Of a stretch of DNA of 64,000 bases, positions 37,246 to 46,826 are shown piece after piece. The stretch spans positions 593,079 through 657,078 of the forward strand of contig CAVYGJ010000002.1 of the NCBI GenBank assembly GCA_963768035.1, in the 5' to 3' direction. Numbering within the stretch: position 1 is the first letter of the stretch; every line of letters begins with the position of its first letter. Origin of the DNA: an uncultured Chloroflexia bacterium. Lineage in GTDB: Bacteria > Chloroflexota > Limnocylindria > Limnocylindrales > CSP1-4. A program made the translations under genes and the position numbers. Below the pieces are notes generated by a model. The model did no database searches, had not been told where the DNA came from, and saw only the letters and a program-made list of their open reading frames with translations.

Positions 37246-37371
37246 CGCACCACCTGTTTCGTCGTGACACCGGGACGGGCAGGCGGTCATTATGGGTGGA
37301 CGACAAAGGCGGACGGGCACCGGGCGCGGGTGCGTCGGGGCAACGTTCGCGGCGGCGGCAACGGCCGGCGA

Positions 37372-37410
37372 GGAGCCGCTGAGAGGAGCCGCTGAGAGGA
37401 GCAGCTGGGG
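37372..37410. repeat. 13-nt tandem repeat in a divergent intergenic region
   Basis: GGAGCCGCTGAGA x2 (37372-84, 37385-97), then a degenerate third unit GGAGCAGCTGGGG (37398-410). Confidence 0.7.
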
Positions 37411-37466
37411 GTGCTCACGATGGGACGAGCGACGGCCGCGTCGGAGTACGGGGGCGACCGCGTCGC

Positions 37467-38441
37467 ATGCCTGGCATGAGCGAGAACCTGCGCCTGCTCT
37501 GTATCTGCGGCCATCCGGATGACGAGACCATCCACATGGGTGGCACGCTCGCCCGGTATGCCAACGCGGGCGCAACGGTCGTCTGCGTCACCGCCACGCG
37601 GGGGGAACTCGGCGAAATCGTGGATCGCGACCTCGCGACGCCGACCAACTACCTGCGGCTCGGTGAGCTGCGCATGGAGGAGATGGCGCTCGCCCTCGGG
37701 CGCCTGGGGCCGATCGAGGCGCGCTGGCTCGGGTACCGGGATTCGGGGACGCAGGGCGACGCGCGGAGTGCCGGTGGCGAGGCGTTGTGCGGCGCGGACC
37801 CGGACGAGGTCGCGGGTCGGATAGCGCGCGTGATCCGCGAGGTCCGGCCGCAGGTGGTGCTCACCCTGCCGACGAGCAACGGGGGCGGTCACCCGGATCA
37901 TCTGCAGGCCGCCCTCGCGACCCGGGTTGCGTTCGAGCGCGCCAGCGATCCAGCGGCTTGGCCGGACCAGCTGGCAGGCCCCAACGCGCTGGGGCCGTGG
38001 ACACCGACGAAGCTCTACGAGTGGCGCGGCCAGTCACGCACGCCGCTCACCAACGGCGACCGGATCCGGTTCCTGATCCGCGACCGCGGTCTGCTCGGCG
38101 CGGCGCCGGTGATTGCCCGCGCGGCCCTGCGGATGCTGCCGACTGGGCGGCGGCAGGCCGCGGAGCCCGCCTCCGCGTCAGTGATCGCCAGGCCGAGCGC
38201 TACGACCCAAATCAGCGTCCGCGAGTGGACGGGGGCCAGGGATGCGGCGATCCGCGCCTACCGGTCGCAGATCCCTCCCTCGGCCGAGCTGTTGGCCCTG
38301 ACCCCCGTGGAGGTGGCCCGCCTGTCGCCCACGGAGGACTTCACCCTGCTCGAGGGACCGGCGCCGACCGGGATCGAGACGGACCTGTTCGCGGGGCTCG
38401 CGGTGGTCACGCCAGAGGCTGTTGAGCCGGCCACACGATGA
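37467..38441 (+). CDS. PIG-L family deacetylase (MshB/Mca-like)
   Basis: 324 aa with LLCICGHPDDETIHMGG, a GGGHPDH metal-binding motif and the long C-terminal extension seen in MshB/Mca-like proteins. Confidence 0.75.
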   Translation: MPGMSENLRLLCICGHPDDETIHMGGTLARYANAGATVVCVTATRGELGEIVDRDLATPTNYLRLGELRMEEMALALGRLGPIEARWLGYRDSGTQGDARSAGGEALCGADPDEVAGRIARVIREVRPQVVLTLPTSNGGGHPDHLQAALATRVAFERASDPAAWPDQLAGPNALGPWTPTKLYEWRGQSRTPLTNGDRIRFLIRDRGLLGAAPVIARAALRMLPTGRRQAAEPASASVIARPSATTQISVREWTGARDAAIRAYRSQIPPSAELLALTPVEVARLSPTEDFTLLEGPAPTGIETDLFAGLAVVTPEAVEPATR

Positions 38442-38941
38442 CGGGCGACATCGCACGGGACCAGCTCGAGACCGTGCTCGCGGGCCGCGGCGAGTACGAG
38501 CTGTTCGCCTGTGACCCGGCGCTCGCGGACACGGCCGCGTTCTGCGCCCACTACGGGTTCGCGCTCGAGGACTCGGCAAACACGATCATCGTCGTGGGCA
38601 AGGGCGCCGAGCCCGTGTACGCGGCGTGCGTCGTGCTCGCGACCCACCGGCTGGACGTCAACCGGGCGGTCAAGGGCCGCTTCGGCCGCAAGTCGTCGTT
38701 CGCGTCGGCGGACGAGACCCGGGCGATCACGGGCCACGAGATCGGCGGCGTCACGGTGTTCGGGCTGCCGGCCGAGCTGCCGGTGTGGATCGACGCGGCG
38801 GTCATGGACCGGGATCGGATCGTCCTGGGCGGTGGCAGCCGGAGCTGGAAGGTCATCGCCCCGGCGCCGATCCTGCTGACGCTGCCCAACGCGACGGTCG
38901 TCGAGGGGCTCGCGAACCCGGCGCCGCTGCACGAGGGCTGA
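38438..38941 (+). CDS. YbaK/EbsC/ProX-like aminoacyl-tRNA editing-domain protein
   Basis: 167 aa with ...ANTIIVVGKG...HEIGGVTVFGLP...RIVLGGGSRSWKV... typical of the YbaK family. ATGA overlap with the upstream gene. Confidence 0.7.
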   Translation: MTGDIARDQLETVLAGRGEYELFACDPALADTAAFCAHYGFALEDSANTIIVVGKGAEPVYAACVVLATHRLDVNRAVKGRFGRKSSFASADETRAITGHEIGGVTVFGLPAELPVWIDAAVMDRDRIVLGGGSRSWKVIAPAPILLTLPNATVVEGLANPAPLHEG

Positions 38942-39036
38942 GGGCCGGTCCGGACCGCACCTGACCCCACCGTCGTACCCCGCACCGACCCGAAGGTACG
39001 GGGGACCGTTCGGGCGGTCGCGCCTACCATGGGCGC

Positions 39037-39927
39037 ATGGAGAACCGCTCGCGCACCATCGTCATCGCCCTGATCGCCGTGTTCGCGCTGCTCGGCGGCT
39101 TTGCCGCCGGCGCCCTGCTGACCGGCGGCGGGGGAGGCAGCGGGGCGTCTCCCTCGCTGGAGGCAGTGGCGACCGAGGAGCCCAGCGACGAGGCGTCCCT
39201 CGAGCCCGAGAGCGAGGAGCCGAGCGACGAGAGCCCCAGCGACGAGGAGAGCCCCAGCGACGAGGAGAGCCCCAGCGAGGCGCCGAGCCCGTCCGGCGCG
39301 CCCGCGGCCGCATTCACGCTCAACTCGCTGTTCGTGGACGCCGCCGACAACCCGGACGGCGCCGACCGCGTCATCACCTGGAAGAGCGCCACGGGCAGCG
39401 TCAAGGCCGAGGTCGCGACGGTGAGCCCGATGGGCGACGTCGTCATGTGCCTCAAGACGCCGACCAAGACGCTCGGCTGCCGGACGGCCGGCAGCGGCAC
39501 GCTCCGGGCGAAGACGACCAAGTCGAGCGAGACGTTCATCCTCACGCTCCGTGGCGACGGGATCGCGCAGCCGATCGTGGACGTGACGCTGTCGTTCCAG
39601 GCGCGCAAGCCGAAGGTCACGATCGAGAACGCCCGCTTCGACGGCACGGCGTATCCGGAGACGAACGGGATCTCCGCGACGGTGACCCCGCGCGTCGACG
39701 GGAAGCTCGGCGTCCAGGCGGAGTGGGGCGGGCATCCGTTCCTGTACGAGATCGACGTCATGGAGCAGGGCGGCAGCGGCAGCCTCACCTATGCGCCCGA
39801 ACAGGGCAACGTCGGCACGGACGTGGACTTTGCGGTGACGGCGGCGAACCCGTGGAAGGTCGTGCTCCAGAACACCGAGGACGGGTTCGGGATCACCCCG
39901 ATGACCGCCGTGATCACCTGGCCCTGA
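39037..39927 (+). CDS. Membrane-anchored hypothetical protein with an acidic Ser/Pro/Asp/Glu repeat linker
   Basis: 296 aa with N-terminal TM (IVIALIAVFALLGGFAAGALL) and an acidic linker containing an 18-nt tandem (AGCCCCAGCGACGAGGAG x2 at 39232-39267). A beta-rich C-terminal domain follows. No family recognised. Confidence 0.6.
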   Translation: MENRSRTIVIALIAVFALLGGFAAGALLTGGGGGSGASPSLEAVATEEPSDEASLEPESEEPSDESPSDEESPSDEESPSEAPSPSGAPAAAFTLNSLFVDAADNPDGADRVITWKSATGSVKAEVATVSPMGDVVMCLKTPTKTLGCRTAGSGTLRAKTTKSSETFILTLRGDGIAQPIVDVTLSFQARKPKVTIENARFDGTAYPETNGISATVTPRVDGKLGVQAEWGGHPFLYEIDVMEQGGSGSLTYAPEQGNVGTDVDFAVTAANPWKVVLQNTEDGFGITPMTAVITWP

Positions 39928-40056
39928 CGGGCTGACCCGGACCATCGTCGCAGGGCGGCGGGACCGCCGGACCATTTCGAAGAACTGGCGCACACGCGAG
40001 GCTGGACGAGCCCTTCCTCCATCCTCGCGGTTCATCCACGCCCCGGCGAGCCGGGG

Positions 40057-40088
40057 CATCCGGACGACCGCTCCATGACGTCCGGATG
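40057..40088 (+). promoter_or_regulatory. Perfect 10-bp hairpin enclosing the start codon of the 40086 gene
   Basis: CATCCGGACG (40057-66), a 12-nt loop, then CGTCCGGATG (40079-88). The last three bases are the ATG. It is preceded by the hairpin CCCCGG-CGAG-CCGGGG (40041-56). Confidence 0.4.
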
Positions 40089-41579
40089 CCCACCGCCGCA
40101 ACACCCGTCCGAGCCACGCTCATCGCACGCGCCCGAGCCGCCGCCGTTGCCCTCCTGGCGGCCGCCTCGCTGCTCACCGCGCTGCCCGCTCCCGCGGCCG
40201 CGCTGGAGCCGCCGCGCCCGCTCCCCGGGTACCGCCCCGCGTTCGTCACGGAGACCGACACCCGGCCCTGGACGGACTGCCTCTGGGCGTCGGGCGCCAT
40301 GCTCCTCGACAAGTGGACGAACGGCGACGTTCGGGTCACCCGGCAGCAGCTGCGCGCCGCATCGGGCGACATGCACGGCGGGTCGCAGTTCCGGGACATG
40401 AAGATCGCGTTCGCCAAGTACGGGTTCAACCTGCGTTTCTCGCCCGACGGCGGCGAGCGTCTGACTTGGGCACAGCTCCTGAGCCGGCTGGGCAAGGGCG
40501 CCGGCGCCGTCGTCCTCGGCGACGACCACAAGCTGCCCCGCTGGTTCGGCCGCTGGGACTACGGCTTCTGGAAGAAGAAGGGCAAGAAGGACAACCACGC
40601 GGTGTACATCGAGCGTTACGACCGGCAGCACGGCCGCGTCTGGCTCATGGATCCGCTCGGTCGCGACGGCTGGAAGGGCGAGTGGATCCCCGTCTGGGCG
40701 ATCAAGCGGTTCGCGTGGAACCGCGGCGGCGCGGTGTTCGCGGCCGTCACGCCCACGGCGAAGGCGGCCCCGTTCGCGAAGGTGCGGACGTCGTCCACGC
40801 CCAAGCTCGTGCGCTCGACGTCCTCGATCGACGCGGCCTGGACGCTCAAGGCGCCGAAGCGCTGGAAGTTCCCGGGCGCGAACATCACGGCGAAGTTCGG
40901 CGCGTCGAAGGACCCGCTCCTCTCGGCGGCGATCTCGCCGGACATGCCCGTCCGGACGACGCCCGCGACGACCAAGGCGCCGAAGGGCGCGACCGTCACC
41001 GTCAAGGGCAAGACGATGCGCCTCACGGCGCCGCTGCCGACCAAGCCAGGCGCCTACACGCTCCACCTGGGCATCCACGACCGCCGCTTCGGGCGGGCCG
41101 TGGTCACGGCGCAGGACGTGGCGGTGTTCGTCCCCGGCGACCGCCGTGCGACGCTGCGACTCAACGTGCGGGAACCCGGCGTCGAGGCGGGGAGCGCGCT
41201 GCCGCTCTCGATCAACGTGGCCAACACCGGCACGCTCACGTGGGCCGGCGCGTACTCGATCGACGCGGGTTCTGGCCAGATGGAGGTGGAGCGCGGCACG
41301 CGCGTCATCGCCCGCTGGATCCGGCTCGACGCCGCCGGTCGTGCGCTCCCCGACAACAAGGACACGCCGGACGACGTGGTGCTCGGCGTCCGTGCCCCTC
41401 GAACCGGGCCAGATGATCGCGCTACAGGAGGCTCTCACCGTCCCGACGACCATCGGGACCTGGGCGCTCGTGTTGGACGTCGTGGACGATGTCGACGGCT
41501 CGTACGCGGCGCTGGGGAGCCGCCCGCGACGACGGTCATCGACGTCGTGACCGCACGGGGTCGCGACTCGGTCAACTAG
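40086..41579 (+). pseudogene. Secreted papain-fold (C39-like) cysteine-peptidase-domain protein with an Ig/NBR1-like C-terminal domain; compensating frameshift pair near the 3' end
   Basis: Signal peptide (AAAVALLAAASLLTALPAPAAA). Candidate catalytic residues are Cys in TDCLWASGAML, His in DNHAVYIERYD and Asp in WLMDP. The C-terminal segment PLEPGQMIALQEALTVPTTIGTWALVLDVVDDVDGSYAALGS is readable only in the +1 frame, between ~41408 and ~41520. Confidence 0.6.
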
Positions 41580-41708
41580 GGCGGCTGGCGCCCAGCGCGA
41601 GCGCGTCTTCGCATCGCTGCAAGCCCCGAGTCCCGTACGGCATCGCGCCCGTTGGCCCGCCCGCCCAAGGATTCGTCGTGCACCCAGCGTCCGCACGGAG
41701 AGTTCTCC

Positions 41709-42335
41709 ATGGCCACCACCACCCGCAGCCACGCGTCCAACGGCACCTCGTCCGGCAACGGAAGCAAGTCGTCCACGCGTCGCTCGCCGGAGCCGCGGCT
41801 CGGGCAGCGAGGCAAGGAGCTCCAGCGGTTCGGGACGCTGCGTCAGCTCCCGATCGCCCTGTCCGCCGAGGCGCGGACGGAGAGCTGCCAGCTGCTGAAC
41901 GAGGTCCTCTCCGACACGACGATCCTGTACGCGCTCTACAAGAAGGCGCACTGGAACGCGGCCGGCCCGACCTTCTACCAGCTCCATCTCCTGTTCGACA
42001 AGCACGCGGGCGAGCAGCTCGAGCTCGTCGACGCGATCGCCGAGCGGGTCCAGATGCTGGGCGGGATCAGCGTCGGCGACCCCCGCCACGCGGCGGAGCT
42101 GACGACGATCGAGCGCGCGCCCGACGGCGCGGAGGAGATCCCGGTGGTCCTCGACCGCCTGCTCGACGCCCACGAGACGATCATCGAGAAGGTCCGCGAG
42201 GCGATCGACAAGACCGAGGAGTCCAAGGACATGGGCACCAACGACCTGCTGATGGGCGAGGTCCTCCGGACCCACGAGATGCAGGTCTGGTTCATCGCGG
42301 AGCACGTGGTGGACGTCCCGCTCGTCGAGGCGTAG
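41709..42335 (+). CDS. dps: Dps-family DNA-protection/ferritin-like protein with a Ser/Thr/Gly-rich N-terminal tail
   Basis: LYALYKKAHWNAAGPTFYQLHLLFDKH...ELVDAIAERV... ferroxidase-site pattern. ATG at 41709 is preceded by GGAGAG. Confidence 0.85.
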   Translation: MATTTRSHASNGTSSGNGSKSSTRRSPEPRLGQRGKELQRFGTLRQLPIALSAEARTESCQLLNEVLSDTTILYALYKKAHWNAAGPTFYQLHLLFDKHAGEQLELVDAIAERVQMLGGISVGDPRHAAELTTIERAPDGAEEIPVVLDRLLDAHETIIEKVREAIDKTEESKDMGTNDLLMGEVLRTHEMQVWFIAEHVVDVPLVEA

Positions 42336-42483
42336 CCCGTTCGGGCGGCGGCGCGGACGCCGCTCGGCCCGCCGAAGTTCCCGGAACCGCGCACGCAACA
42401 CGGGCGTCGAACCCCCAGCGAGACCGCTCGCCGGCACCTCCTCCCGCCGGCAACCGGTCTGCCAAACCGTTGGAGTTCCACCC

Positions 42484-43344
42484 GTGTTTCGTGCTGCCCT
42501 GCGGCTGGCCAGTCCGGCCGCGATCCTCATCTCCGCCGTCGTCGTGGGTGCCTGCGTGGCGCCCGCCGGCGCGGCCAACCCGACAGCGAGTCCCGTGCCC
42601 GATCCTGACACCGTGATCATCCGCGTCGACCTCGAGGGTGGCTTCGTCCCGCCGTCGGTCACCTACGGCCGCCTGCCGGTGCTCGTCACGGCGGACGGGC
42701 GCGTCATCACCGAGGGCCCCCAGATCGAGATCTACCCCGGCCCGCTCCTGCCGAACATCCAGGTCCGGACCCTCACCCCCGAGGCGCTCGCCTCGCTCCT
42801 CGAGCTCGCCCGCGATCAGGGCCTCCTCGACGACGCCTCGTACGGCTTCCCCGGGATCGCGGACATCCCGACGACCGTGCTCCGGATCACCGTCGATGGC
42901 GTGACCTCGACGGTCTCCGCGTCGGCGCTCGGCGAGGCCGGGACCGACGACGCGATGGGCCAGCCGCTCGACGACGCGACCGTCGCCGGCCGGGCCGCGC
43001 TGCGCACGTTCATCGACACCCTCACGGGGCTGCCCGACAACGCCTTCTCCGACGAGAGCCACGCCTACGAGGCGACGTCGCTGCGGATCATCAGCACGCC
43101 GTACGTGCCCCAGCCCGCCGAGGACTGGATGCCCGTCGAGTGGCCGCTCGACGACCTCGCCACCGCCGGGACCGCGCCGATCCCGGGCGACGACTCGCTC
43201 CGCTGCCAGGTGATCTCGGGCGACGACGTCACGACGGTGATGCCGCTCCTCGAGGGCGCCAACCAGGCGACGCCGTTCCGCTCCGGCGACGCCGACTACA
43301 CGCTCGTCGTGCGGCCCATCCTGCCGGGCGAGTCCGGCTGCTGA
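42484..43344 (+). CDS. Hypothetical lipoprotein or secreted protein
   Basis: 286 aa with a signal sequence and a lipobox-like VVVGAC. Coding-like composition. No family recognised. Confidence 0.55.
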   Translation: MFRAALRLASPAAILISAVVVGACVAPAGAANPTASPVPDPDTVIIRVDLEGGFVPPSVTYGRLPVLVTADGRVITEGPQIEIYPGPLLPNIQVRTLTPEALASLLELARDQGLLDDASYGFPGIADIPTTVLRITVDGVTSTVSASALGEAGTDDAMGQPLDDATVAGRAALRTFIDTLTGLPDNAFSDESHAYEATSLRIISTPYVPQPAEDWMPVEWPLDDLATAGTAPIPGDDSLRCQVISGDDVTTVMPLLEGANQATPFRSGDADYTLVVRPILPGESGC

Positions 43345-43372
43345 GCCGAGCTCAGGCTCGCCATCGCCCTGC

Positions 43373-43403
43373 GCCCGCCCCGGTCCCCGGGGCGGGCGTT
43401 CTC
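43373..43403 (+). terminator. Intrinsic-terminator-like hairpin after the lipoprotein gene
   Basis: Perfect 11-bp GC stem GCCCGCCCCGG/CCGGGGCGGGC (43373-83/43387-97) with a 3-nt loop, followed by GTTCTC. Confidence 0.55.
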
Positions 43404-43591
43404 ATGTGACGTCCGTGTGGCGACGCGGCGCACCAGGCGCTCGAGATCGGCGACCTCGTGCTCGCCGCGGAGGGGTACGCGCTCGCGGCGATGAGCCGCG
43501 CGGTCGAAGGCAGCCTCGACGGCGCGCCGTGCAACCGGCGTTCACGTCGCGGGCGCAGAATCACCCTCGACCCTCCGTACCAGGACGCGCC

Positions 43592-44044
43592 ATGGACCCC
43601 GTGCTCGAACTGCCCAAGACGATCGGCCTCGTGGCCCACGACAACAAGAAGGCCGACCTCGTCGAGTGGTGCCACTACAACCGCGAGATGCTGGTCGCCC
43701 ATCGCCTCGTCGCCACCGGGACGACCGGCACGCTGCTCCAGGCCGAGCTCGACGCGCCCGTCCGCAAGCTCCAGAGCGGCCCGCTCGGCGGCGACCAGCA
43801 GCTCGGGGCGCTCATCGCCGAGGGCGAGATCGACTTCCTCGTCTTCTTCTGGGACCCGCTCGAGGCGCAGCCCCACGACCCGGACGTGAAGGCGCTCATC
43901 CGGCTCGCCGTCGTCTGGAACATCCCGGTCGCCTGCAACCGCGCGACCGCGGACTTCCTCATCTCGTCGCCGCTGATGACCGCGGGCTACGTCCGCGCGG
44001 CACCCGACTTCGAGGCGTACCTCAACCGGTTCGCGAGGGAGTAG
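43592..44044 (+). CDS. mgsA: Methylglyoxal synthase
   Basis: 150 aa with LVAHDNKK...ATGTTG...[60 protein letters not shown], which closely matches the conserved MgsA core. Confidence 0.9.
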   Translation: MDPVLELPKTIGLVAHDNKKADLVEWCHYNREMLVAHRLVATGTTGTLLQAELDAPVRKLQSGPLGGDQQLGALIAEGEIDFLVFFWDPLEAQPHDPDVKALIRLAVVWNIPVACNRATADFLISSPLMTAGYVRAAPDFEAYLNRFARE

Positions 44045-44059
44045 CGCCGGGTACGACGG

Positions 44060-44458
44060 ATGTCCATTGGCGCCCGGCGAGCGATCGGGGATCGTTGGGC
44101 CATGAGCATGTCGCCCGTCCCCGTCCCGCCGTCGCGCGCGGACCGGCTCCTCGCCGGGTTCGACCGCGTGCGCCACCCGCGCCTCACGCGCGAGCTCGGG
44201 CGCGCGACCGACGGGTTCCACGCGACCGGCGTCGTCCGCAGCTACTCGAACGACCTCGCCGGCCGGCGGGCAGAGGCCCGCGAGGGCGCGATCCTGTGGC
44301 ATCGCGGCTATCGCCCGCCGACCCGGATCACCCACAACGCGATGTGGTGGACCGGCGGCCCGGCCGTCACGATCACCTACAGCCGCGAGCTCGTGCCCGC
44401 GTTCATGTCCGAGCGTTCACGCGCGGTCGCCGAGCGGCTCGGGCTCACCCGCCGCTGA
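44060..44458 (+). CDS. Hypothetical protein
   Basis: 132-aa ORF with strong G/C third-position bias and non-repetitive composition. No family recognised. An alternative start is at 44102. Confidence 0.45.
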   Translation: MSIGARRAIGDRWAMSMSPVPVPPSRADRLLAGFDRVRHPRLTRELGRATDGFHATGVVRSYSNDLAGRRAEAREGAILWHRGYRPPTRITHNAMWWTGGPAVTITYSRELVPAFMSERSRAVAERLGLTRR

Positions 44459-44515
44459 GGCCCGCGCTCCCGTAGGATTCGGCGTGGCGGTCCGCATCCC
44501 GGAGGGAGCTTCACG

Positions 44516-44998
44516 ATGATCAGCGACGCGGCGCAGAAGCTGTTGGTGGCCCAGGTGGCCCACGAGCTCTCCGCGCACCAGACCTACATGGGCATCTCGC
44601 TGTACTTCACTCGCGAGAGCCTCAACGGCTGGGCGAAGTTCTTCCACGAGCAGGCGGTCGAGGAGGCCGGGCACGGCTGGAAGATCATCAACTTCCTCAT
44701 CGACAACGAGGTCGAGTTCTCGCTGCCGCAGGTCAAGGGCGCGCCGACGACCTACGGGAGTGCCCGTCAGGCCGTCGAGACCGCGCAGGCGAGCGAGCGT
44801 CGCGTCACCGGCCAGTTCGAGGCGCTCGCCAACGCCGCCCGCAATGCGAACGACAACCGAACGCTCCAGTTCCTCCAGTGGTTCATCGAGGAGCAGGTGG
44901 AGGAGGAGCGCACGATGACCTCGCTGCTCGACCTCATCGACAGCGGGATCAACCTGTTCCAGGCCGAGTCGCACCTGGCGTCCGTCGCCGGGGAGTAG
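44516..44998 (+). CDS. Non-haem ferritin
   Basis: 160 aa with ferroxidase-centre pattern (AHELSAHQTY...EEAGHGWK...FLQWFIEEQVEEE). GGAGGGA Shine-Dalgarno upstream. Confidence 0.85.
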   Translation: MISDAAQKLLVAQVAHELSAHQTYMGISLYFTRESLNGWAKFFHEQAVEEAGHGWKIINFLIDNEVEFSLPQVKGAPTTYGSARQAVETAQASERRVTGQFEALANAARNANDNRTLQFLQWFIEEQVEEERTMTSLLDLIDSGINLFQAESHLASVAGE

Positions 44999-45295
44999 CC
45001 CGCGGGCGCAGGCCCGGGCCGCCATGCCCCGGTGCGCGTCCGGATGCAAGCCAGTCGGGTTCATCGGATGGTCAAGGGATCGGCACCACGCGACGGCGAC
45101 GGGACGTGCCGGCCGCCACGCCCGGTGGCGCCGTCCGGTTGCGCAGCCGCGCAGGTTGTGCGCAGCCGCTGCGCGGATCCGGTGAGCGCGACGCTCGCAG
45201 ACTGCGGGTTGTGCGCGGCTGGGTGGCAAATCCAGCGCGCGTTCATCGGGTGGCGCACGACGATGGCACCGCCCCCCGACGGCTACTGTGTCGTC

Positions 45296-46318
45296 ATGAC
45301 CGACAACGTGCTCGATGAGGCGGGCGAGGCCCGCCTGTACCGGTCGCTTCGGCGGTTCTGGCACCCCGTCTGCTGGGCGGACGAGCTGGGCGAGAAGCCG
45401 CTCGCGGCGCGTCTCCTTGACGAGCCGCTCGTGCTCGTCCGGCTCGAGGGTGGCGTCCGCGCGTTCCGCGACCTGTGCGTCCACCGGGGAACTGCCCTGA
45501 GCCTCGGCTGGGTGGAGGACGGGTGTCTCGTCTGTCCGTACCACGGCTGGACGTACGACGACGACGGGGTCTGTCGCCGGATCCCCGCCAGCCACGGCAC
45601 GAACATCCCCGCAAAGGCGCGGATCCAGCCGTTCGCGGCCGCCGAGCACGCCGGGCTCATCTGGGTCTGCCTCGAGGAGCCGGCGATGCCGCTGCCCGAC
45701 TTCCCGGAGTGGGGCGACGACGCGTACCGGCTGATCAAGATCCCGCAGTACGACTGGCACTGCAGCGCCGCGCGGCGGGTCGAGAACTTCGTCGACTTCA
45801 GCCACTTCGCCTGGGTCCACGAGGGGATCCTCGGCGATCGCTCGCGACCCGAGATCCCGGACCACGACGTCTACCGCACCGACACGACGCTGTGGTTCCG
45901 GCTGGGCATCGTGGAGCCGTCAAACGACCTCAAGGGCGACACCGGCGCCACCGAGACCATCCAGCGCGAGCCGAGCCACTACACGATCACGATGCCGTTC
46001 ACCGTGAGGCTCGACCAGCCGCTCGAGGACGACCGCCACTTCGTCCTGTTCGTCGCCTCCTGCCCGCTGTCGGCCAAGGAGACGCGCAACTTCACGTGGA
46101 ACGCGCGCAACTACGAGCTCGACCCGGCGCGCGACCAGGGCTTCGTCGACTTCCAGCAGGTCATCCTCGAGCAGGACCGCGTCGTCGTGGAGAGCCAGCG
46201 CCCCGAGGAGCTCCCGATCGACCTCTCGGAGGAGCTCCACATCAAGGGCGTGGACCGGGTCTCGATCGACTACCGCCGCTGGCTGGGCGAGATCGCGAAC
46301 GGGGAGCAGGCTCGCTAG
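45296..46318 (+). CDS. Rieske [2Fe-2S] non-haem-iron oxygenase (PaO/Tic55/vanillate-demethylase-like alpha subunit)
   Basis: Rieske motif CVHRG...CPYHGW and mononuclear-iron region (NFVDFSHFAWVHEGILG). Start chosen at MTDNVL. The upstream track extension is non-coding-like. Confidence 0.85.
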   Translation: MTDNVLDEAGEARLYRSLRRFWHPVCWADELGEKPLAARLLDEPLVLVRLEGGVRAFRDLCVHRGTALSLGWVEDGCLVCPYHGWTYDDDGVCRRIPASHGTNIPAKARIQPFAAAEHAGLIWVCLEEPAMPLPDFPEWGDDAYRLIKIPQYDWHCSAARRVENFVDFSHFAWVHEGILGDRSRPEIPDHDVYRTDTTLWFRLGIVEPSNDLKGDTGATETIQREPSHYTITMPFTVRLDQPLEDDRHFVLFVASCPLSAKETRNFTWNARNYELDPARDQGFVDFQQVILEQDRVVVESQRPEELPIDLSEELHIKGVDRVSIDYRRWLGEIANGEQAR

Positions 46319-46780
46319 AGGCCCGGCGCGATGCTCCGGCCGCGCTCGCTCGTGCGGACGCCGGTCACGGCGGCGACGGCGGCCTCGAGCTGCGCCTCCT
46401 CGTCGTCGGTCCCGAGGTCCAGCCGGCAGTAGGTGAACCGGCCGGGCAGCACGCGTTCCATCATCGCGCCGAGCCACTTGGTCAGGTCCGTCGCGCGGGC
46501 CGCTCCGCTTGCGCGCGTCGGGCGTGATCGCGTGGATGAGCACCAGGCGCCGCCGGCTCCGCTCGAGCCACGGCCAGTACTGGAGCACGTTCTCGGCCGG
46601 GTGGGCGTGCTTCGTCTCGACCTCGAGCGCGACGTACGTGTCCTCGCCGACCTCGCCCAGCCCGCCTGGCGTGGCGCCGAGCCCGACCTCGCCGTCCTCG
46701 TTGAACACGACGTCGAGCATCCGCCCGAGACGCTTCGCGATCTGCGCGTCGGAGAGGTCCGCCCACTGCGATCTCGCCAA
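46315..46780 (-). pseudogene. Small hypothetical protein with a possible PD-(D/E)xK-like motif, one frameshift
   Basis: MARSQWADLSDAQIAKRLG...EDTYVALEVETKHAHPAENVLQYWPWLE...LIHAITPDARKRS lies in one frame. ARATDLTKWLGAMMERVLPGRFTYCRLDLGTDDEE... lies in the next, with the switch at ~46500. Confidence 0.5.
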
Positions 46781-46826
46781 GCCCTGCCCTCACTGCGACT
46801 ACCGATGCTGCGGGGGACTCTACCGG

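Noticed and set aside
38942-39036. GC hairpins after the ybaK-like gene (GTACC...GGTAC and GACCG-TTCGGG-CGGTC) as a terminator.
   Set aside because: The stems are short (5 bp) and there is no U-tract. They are indistinguishable from background pairing potential in GC-rich DNA.
41580-44515. Iron-regulator (IdeR/DtxR or Fur) boxes upstream of dps and ferritin, given two iron-storage genes within 3 kb.
   Set aside because: I could not find a 19-bp TTAGGTTAGGCTAACCTAA-like palindrome or a Fur-box-like AT-rich repeat in either upstream region.
45059-45253. Two copies of GTTCATCGG(A/G)TGG (45059-71 and 45241-53), plus GGTTG(T)GCGCAGCCGC-like repeats in the 297-nt region upstream of the Rieske oxygenase gene. 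They might be a riboswitch or operator.
   Set aside because: There are only two copies far apart, no recognisable riboswitch core and no convincing conserved helices. This cannot be supported from the sequence alone.
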